From an uncultured Chloroflexia bacterium (GTDB lineage: Bacteria; Chloroflexota; Chloroflexia; Thermomicrobiales; UBA6265): a DNA stretch of 64,000 nt. The notes beneath the pieces were generated by a model. That model ran no database searches and was not told where the DNA came from. It saw only the letters and a program-made list of their open reading frames with translations. The position numbers were made by a program, and so were the translations under genes. The DNA is taken from assembly GCA_963724295.1 (NCBI GenBank), contig CAVRUC010000009.1, positions 96,001 through 160,000 of the forward strand, in the 5' to 3' direction. Positions 58,728 to 64,000 of this stretch are shown here, piece after piece (the first letter of the stretch is position 1; every line of letters starts with the position of its first letter).

Positions 58728-59312
58728 ATGGCATCTGGATTGGGACTGGTCGACCGTCGCATGGCGATCGGAGGAGCGCTCGTTGGCGCGGTCGGGTTGG
58801 CGCTGCCCAGCCGCCAGAGCAGAATCCTGACCCAACGCGGCATGGTTGGCGGCGGGTTGGTGCAATTCGAGCAGGGGGAGGCGAATTTCTCGCTGTTTGT
58901 ATCACGGCTGATTTTTTCGGAAGATGATGCCGAAGTGGTCGTCGGCAGCGTTATTTGGGTCGATGAAGAGGAGGGGCGCACCCTGAGGAGCACCGCGATC
59001 ACCGAATACATCGTGCCAGAGGTGCAGCCGGAGCAAGGGGTCCTGCGGCAGATTCGCGGGACCATGAGCGTCGACGAGGAGGGCGAGTATCCATTTGAGC
59101 TCGAGGTCACCGATGTGGATCTGCCGGGGTCCGCGCAGGACACGGTCGTTCTCAACGTGGGTGACGGCACCCGCACGAGCGAAAACGCGACGCCGGTCAG
59201 CGGCGCTGGATTCAGCTACATGGCCAGCGGAATGGTGGCCACCGGCGACATCCAGGAGCTCGACGTCGAGATCGACCTGGAGACCGGAGCCGTCCAGCCG
59301 GCGGAAGATTGA
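58728..59312 (+). CDS. Hypothetical protein, possible Tat signal
   Basis: AAGGAGG RBS; VDRRMAIGGALVG leader; acidic, beta-rich body. Confidence 0.7.
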   Translation: MASGLGLVDRRMAIGGALVGAVGLALPSRQSRILTQRGMVGGGLVQFEQGEANFSLFVSRLIFSEDDAEVVVGSVIWVDEEEGRTLRSTAITEYIVPEVQPEQGVLRQIRGTMSVDEEGEYPFELEVTDVDLPGSAQDTVVLNVGDGTRTSENATPVSGAGFSYMASGMVATGDIQELDVEIDLETGAVQPAED

Positions 59313-59324
59313 CCGCGGCGCGGC

Positions 59325-59759
59325 TCACAGAAACTTGAGGATGTGGGTAGCGACCGCCACCACATCCCCGTGCTGGTTGGTCGCCGTCACCGCGGCTGTG
59401 GTTGTGGCCCGCGGCGCATCAGTGGCGACGATCTCGTAGGTGACCGTCACCGTATCGCCGACCCGCACCGGCTTGACGAAGCGGATCCGGTCGTAGCCGT
59501 AGGAGACGGCGGGGCGCGGCGACGTCGCGTGGTCGAGCGCCCTCGTGGAGCAGGTCGACATCAGCCCGACCACCAGCACGCCGTGGGCGATGATCCCGCC
59601 GTACGGGGTGGTCTTCATGTACTCGGCGTTGACATGGTTGGGGCTGAAATCGCCCGTGATCCCGGCGAAGAGATAGATGTCCGACTCGCCGATCGTCTTG
59701 GCGAACTCCACCCGCGTCCCGATCGGAATCAGAGCATTGTCTGCAGAGGGATCACACAT
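59325..59759 (-). CDS. MaoC family dehydratase
   Basis: FAGITGDFSPNH, IAHG and RFVKPVRVGDTV. Confidence 0.9.
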   Translation of the reverse strand: MCDPSADNALIPIGTRVEFAKTIGESDIYLFAGITGDFSPNHVNAEYMKTTPYGGIIAHGVLVVGLMSTCSTRALDHATSPRPAVSYGYDRIRFVKPVRVGDTVTVTYEIVATDAPRATTTAAVTATNQHGDVVAVATHILKFL

Positions 59760-59822
59760 CGGGTATATCCCCAGTCCCGCACCTCGTGATCCGGTCATTG
59801 TTAAGGCTGTGACCGGAACAGC

Positions 59823-59911
59823 GTGTCATTCTGAGCCCACGGGCGAAGATTTTCGGTGCACCGAAACGTCGGCCATTCATGGCCGAGATGCTTCGTTCTT
59901 CAGCATGACAC
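59823..59911. repeat. Inverted pair of REP-like units (GTGTCATTCTGAG...CAGCATGACAC)
   Basis: GTGTCATTCTGAGCCCACGGGCGAAGAT ... AGATGCTTCGTTCTTCAGCATGACAC. Confidence 0.65.
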
Positions 59912-59982
59912 CATTCCGGGGGCAGTGCATGTGACTTGGCGCGAGTTTCTGGGTACCTCACTGATTCCCTGCGCGGGGTTAC

Positions 59983-60011
59983 TTGACGCCCTCTTCACAT
60001 GGGGATAATGT
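59983..60011 (+). promoter_or_regulatory. Sigma70-type promoter of the Cys-rich protein gene
   Basis: TTGACG, 17-nt spacer, TAATGT. Confidence 0.55.
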
Positions 60012-60122
60012 GCGACGAGCACTCGGGTCTCCTCAGGTGAGAGCCGCAATGTGCCCTCGCGTCGCCAGCGACGCATCGCGCCGGCCGGTTTGCCTTCCAT
60101 ATCGAGAAGCGGAGGACGTGCC

Positions 60123-60989
60123 GTGGATCATCAGTTCGACGTTCTGACACGCGTTTTTGCCACGTGTACCTCACGTCGCCGAGCGGTCGCACTCCTGGCC
60201 GCCATGGCCGTGGCCGGCAGCCGCCCGACACGTGCTTCCGCCGCGCAGGGCGAGGCCTCGATGTGTGAGGCGGGGCTCACCGACTGCGGCGGCGTCTGCG
60301 TCGACCTCCAGTCGGATATGAACAACTGTGGGGCGTGCGGCGAGGTGTGCGAGAGTGATCTCGTCCCGGTTGAGTGCCGGAGCGGAGTCTGCGAGCGCGC
60401 AAACTGCCCCGTTGGTGTGGAGTATTGCGGTGCTGTCGATGGCTGCCGCGACCTCTCATCAGATCCCGAACACTGTGGAGCCTGTCAACAGCCCTGCGCC
60501 AGCGGTGTCTGCAGCGGAGGCGTTTGCGATACGGGTGGATACGCCTGCGGCGAGGGTCAGACCGATTGTGGCGGCGTCTGCGTCGATACGTGCTGTAACA
60601 ATTCCCATTGCGGAACGTGCGGCAACGTCTGTCCTCCCAATACGTCGTGCTTCGAGGGCATCTGTGGGTGTCCCAGTGGCCTGTGCTGCGCCGAAGGCGA
60701 GGTGAACTGCAATGGCACGTGCGTCTCGACCTGCTGCGACAACAACAACTGCGGCGCCTGCGGCAATGTCTGTACGGGCGGTCTGACCTGCTTCGAGGGT
60801 GTCTGCGATTGCCCGAGCGGTAATTGCCCGCCGGTGAAGCTGCCCAACACGGGTCGAGGCGGGACCGACAACGAGATGGGTCAGAATCGATGGGTAGCGG
60901 CGGCGATGGCCGGCGCCGCCGCGGTGTCGGCCATGTTGTGGCGACACAGCGCTCGGCACGAAGCCGTACCAGGCAGCGACGACAGCTAA
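60123..60989 (+). CDS. Cys-rich repeat (STIG1-like) protein with Tat-like leader and LPNTG sorting signal
   Basis: GGAGG RBS and GTG start; TSRRRAVALL...ASAAQ; four repeats with a CG(A/T)C...C core; LPNTG + hydrophobic helix + RH..RH. Confidence 0.8.
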   Translation: MDHQFDVLTRVFATCTSRRRAVALLAAMAVAGSRPTRASAAQGEASMCEAGLTDCGGVCVDLQSDMNNCGACGEVCESDLVPVECRSGVCERANCPVGVEYCGAVDGCRDLSSDPEHCGACQQPCASGVCSGGVCDTGGYACGEGQTDCGGVCVDTCCNNSHCGTCGNVCPPNTSCFEGICGCPSGLCCAEGEVNCNGTCVSTCCDNNNCGACGNVCTGGLTCFEGVCDCPSGNCPPVKLPNTGRGGTDNEMGQNRWVAAAMAGAAAVSAMLWRHSARHEAVPGSDDS

Positions 60990-61058
60990 GAGAGCAACTG
61001 GAGAGACGAACGGGTTGTCGGGGGGCAGGTCAGGTCGCTCACGTGACCTGCCAGCGGG

Positions 61059-61993
61059 CTAGCGCCGACGTGCCAGCGCGACCGCAATGACGATGATGGC
61101 GCCGCGGATGATGATCTGCTGACTGGTCTCCAGACCCATCAGAATCAGCCCATTGTTGACGACGCCAATGAGCAGGGCTCCCAGCACCGAGCCGATGACC
61201 GATCCGGACCCGCCGAAGAGACTCGTGCCCCCCAGGACCACGGCGGCGATTACTGAGAGCTCGTCACCTTCACCCCACTGGAAGCGACCCGATTGCAACC
61301 GGCCGGCATAGAGCATCCCCGCCAGGGCGGCTACACCTCCGGAAACGGTGAGGACGAGAAACCCGATACGCCGCGTGTTTACGCCGCTGAAACGAGCAGC
61401 CTGTTCGTTGCCGCCGGTGGCCAGTACCTGACGCCCATAGGGCGTCTTTCGCAATACAACATAGCCGATGGCCGTGACAACCCCGATCCAGATGAGCAGC
61501 GCGGGAATCGGACCGACCTGCCCGGAACCGAAGATGTTGTTGTAGATCTGATTCGCGATGGGAACGGGAGCAGTGCCGGTGATCCACATAGCCGACCCGC
61601 GGGCCACGCCCATCATCCCCAACGTGACCAGAAACGACGGGATGACCAATAGTGTCGTGAGCAAGCCATTGACCGCCCCGACCACCAGCCCAGTGAGCAA
61701 CCCGACGAGGACTCCGGCTAGCGGGCCGTAACTGGCGATCGTCAACGCCGTCGTGACGGAGCTCAGTCCGGCAATGGCGCCAACGGAGAGATCGATCTGA
61801 CCGGCGGCGATGACGAAGGTCATGGCTACGGCCATCGTCGCGATGATCGCGGTCTGACGGACGATGTTCAGTAGATTGTTGGGGTTTGTGAAACCCGCGT
61901 CACGCAGGGTCACGGCGAAGAAGAGGAACAACGCAACGAAGCCGATGTAGACCAGATATTGGCGCCAATCGACGTTGAGGTTTCGCTGATCAC
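61059..61993 (-). CDS. Sugar ABC transporter permease (RbsC type), start uncertain
   Basis: NLLNIVRQ, GQIDLSVG, IPSFLVTLG, GGNEQAARFSGVN and ELSVIAAVVLGGTSLFGG. Confidence 0.92.
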
Positions 61994-63498
61994 GCGCCCT
62001 GGACAGCACGATGAAGTTCCTCCTCGGTTCTGATCTCGCGGCGATCGATCTCGCGGACAACACGGCCGTCGCGAAGCACGAGCAGGCGATCGCTGACGGC
62101 GAGCAACTCGACCAGCTCCGACGAGATGACGAGGATTCCTTTGCCGCGATCCGCCAACGCGCGGATCACCCCGAGAATTTCGGTCTTGGCCTGGATGTCG
62201 ACTCCGGCTGTCGGTTCGTCCATGATCAAGATATCGGGCTCGGTGGCGAGCCATTTGCCGATGACGACCTTCTGCTGATTGCCGCCCGAGAGCAATCGTA
62301 CGCTGGTGGCGATCGAGCTTGTCTTGATCCTCAGATCGTTGACGATCGAACCGGCCATGCGATCGCCACGCCGGTCGTCAATGATCCCGACATGGTCCAA
62401 CCGGTCCAGCAGCGGTAGGAGTAGGTTGTTCTTGACGGAGTGGTTAAGAACCAGCCCCTGGATGCGACGATCCTCCGGCACGAGCGAAACACCAGCGGCA
62501 ATCGCTTCCTCCGGATTGCCGATTTCGACCCGCTCACCGCGAATGAGGATTTCGCCCTTGTCGACGCGGTCGATACCGAAGATCGCTCGAGCCAGCTCGG
62601 TGCGCCCGCTGCCCATGAGACCGGCGAGACCGACGATCTCGCCTGGATAGAGGTCGAAACTTACGTCCTGCACGCGGTTCCCGGCCGAGAGATTGCGAAC
62701 CTGGAGCAGGGGAGCCACGGAGCGATCGACGGTGCGCTCTCGCCACTCAAAGGCCTGCTCCATGGTCTTACCGACAATGGCGTCGATAACCCGGTTCATC
62801 GTCAGCGCCGCCGTGTCGTCGGTAAGGATGTGGCGGCCGTCCCGCAGAACGGTGATGCGATCGGTAATGCGGAAGATTTCGTCCATGCGGTGCGAGATGT
62901 AGATGATTGAGATCCTTCGTTCCTTGAGGCGCTGGACGAGCGCGAAAAGCGAGTGCGCTTCGGTTGCGGTCAGCGATGAGGTGGGCTCGTCCATGATCAG
63001 GACGCGCGCGTCTTGCGCCAGGGCCTTGGCGATCTCAGTCAGTTGCCAATAACCGGTGCCGAGATCGCTCATCCTGGCATTTGGGTCGATATCCTCTTCC
63101 ATCTCCGCGAACAACTCGCGTGCTCGGCGCACGCTGGCGCGGTCGTCGATCAATCCGCCGGAGGCACGAGGCTCGTGACCGAGGAAGATGTTCTGGGCGA
63201 CCGTGAGGGTCGGGATGAGACTGAACTCCTGGAAGATCATGCCGATGCCAAGGGCCCTGGCATCGTGGGGGGAGCGAATCTCGACCTCCGTGCCGTCGAT
63301 CGCGATCTGCCCGTGGTCCGGCTTGTAGACGCCCTGCAGGATCTTCATCAGGGTCGACTTGCCGGCGCCGTTACCGCCGACGAGGGCGTGGACCTCACCC
63401 TTGCGCAGGTTGAAGTCAACTCCGTGCAGGACACGGATGCCCGAGAAACTCTTGCTGATCTCGGTCATCTGTACCGCGACGGGGTCCATCGCCGTCAC
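61990..63498 (-). CDS. Sugar ABC transporter ATP-binding protein (RbsA type, two NBDs)
   Basis: GGNGAGKST, MDEPTSSL, ISHRM, GLMGSGRTE, LSGGNQQK and MDEPTAGVD. Confidence 0.95.
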   Translation of the reverse strand: MTAMDPVAVQMTEISKSFSGIRVLHGVDFNLRKGEVHALVGGNGAGKSTLMKILQGVYKPDHGQIAIDGTEVEIRSPHDARALGIGMIFQEFSLIPTLTVAQNIFLGHEPRASGGLIDDRASVRRARELFAEMEEDIDPNARMSDLGTGYWQLTEIAKALAQDARVLIMDEPTSSLTATEAHSLFALVQRLKERRISIIYISHRMDEIFRITDRITVLRDGRHILTDDTAALTMNRVIDAIVGKTMEQAFEWRERTVDRSVAPLLQVRNLSAGNRVQDVSFDLYPGEIVGLAGLMGSGRTELARAIFGIDRVDKGEILIRGERVEIGNPEEAIAAGVSLVPEDRRIQGLVLNHSVKNNLLLPLLDRLDHVGIIDDRRGDRMAGSIVNDLRIKTSSIATSVRLLSGGNQQKVVIGKWLATEPDILIMDEPTAGVDIQAKTEILGVIRALADRGKGILVISSELVELLAVSDRLLVLRDGRVVREIDRREIRTEEELHRAVQGA

Positions 63499-63516
63499 CT
63501 CGTTCTCAGATGAATC

Positions 63517-63544
63517 GTCGAGGGCGCCCTGCGGCGCCCTCGAC
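63517..63544 (-). terminator. Stem-loop between the sugar SBP and ATPase genes
   Basis: GTCGAGGGCGCC-CTGC-GGCGCCCTCGAC. Confidence 0.6.
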
Positions 63545-63557
63545 TGTGCCTGGCTGA

Positions 63558-64000
63558 CTATTGCGCTGCCGCATCCTGCAATGCTTGAGGCGGATCCTGA
63601 TGATAGACCTGCTGCCAGGCCTCCAGGACGTTCTCCCTGGTGACGGGCAACGCGGGCAGCGCGACAAACGGAGGCGCTTCCTTGCCGAGCAATCCATACC
63701 CGGCGAGGATAGCCTCGGTCACGCCTTGATCGAATGGCCGCTGCGCGCCGAGCCCCTTGACGATGCCGCCCTGAGCGAGGGAGATGGCCACATTCTGTCC
63801 TAGGTCAATCGTCGTCACCACCACGTCACTCTCCCGACCGGCGGTGCGAACGGCGTTGATAACTCCTTCCGCCGGCACGTCCCAGACGGCCCAGATGCCG
63901 TTCAGTTCGGCGTTGCGGGTGAGCATGGCAGAGGCGACCTGATCGGCTTGACCGGCAAAGTCCGGCCCAGGGATGCCTTGCTCTTCGACGATCTTGATAT
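63558..64000 (-). CDS. Sugar ABC transporter substrate-binding protein, 5'-partial
   Basis: LNGIWAVWDVPAEG, TIDLG, GAQRPFDQG and VTRENV; the frame runs off the window end. Confidence 0.88.
   Translation of the reverse strand, partial: IKIVEEQGIPGPDFAGQADQVASAMLTRNAELNGIWAVWDVPAEGVINAVRTAGRESDVVVTTIDLGQNVAISLAQGGIVKGLGAQRPFDQGVTEAILAGYGLLGKEAPPFVALPALPVTRENVLEAWQQVYHQDPPQALQDAAAQ

Overview
High-GC bacterial genomic window, probably a soil Chloroflexota (Thermomicrobiales-like). This is an inference from the Tat-type leaders, an LPxTG-tailed protein, an adenylate cyclase-STAND-TPR protein and the intergenic repeat types. It holds about 55 protein-coding genes and no rRNA, tRNA or CRISPR array that I can see. 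In order: inositol catabolism (iolB, iolD); a TetR-linked block with two epoxide hydrolases and an AlkZ-like DNA glycosylase; a putative operon of NMT1-type ABC transporter, VOC protein, TIM-barrel isomerase, Gfo/Idh/MocA oxidoreductase and ureohydrolase; TauE and an orphan PhnD-like protein; gltX; LLM oxidoreductases; a KimA-like K+ transporter; a class III aminotransferase; manA/manC; a peptide ABC system with a deacylase; several secreted proteins; an SRPBCC / Zn-ADH / major-royal-jelly / ion-channel block; a two-component pair flanked by IS5 and IS630 remnants; a cyclase-STAND-TPR protein; a Tat- and LPNTG-bearing Cys-rich protein; and a sugar ABC system. At least five genes carry single-base frameshifts that look like long-read errors. 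The best leads are (1) the AlkZ-like + double epoxide hydrolase + TetR block as a candidate defence against epoxide genotoxins, (2) the ureohydrolase/sugar-enzyme operon as an unknown catabolic pathway, (3) a family of 8-nt-periodic elements found just after stop codons, and (4) the ~40-Cys Tat/sortase surface protein. All functional calls come from motif recognition by eye; no searches were run.
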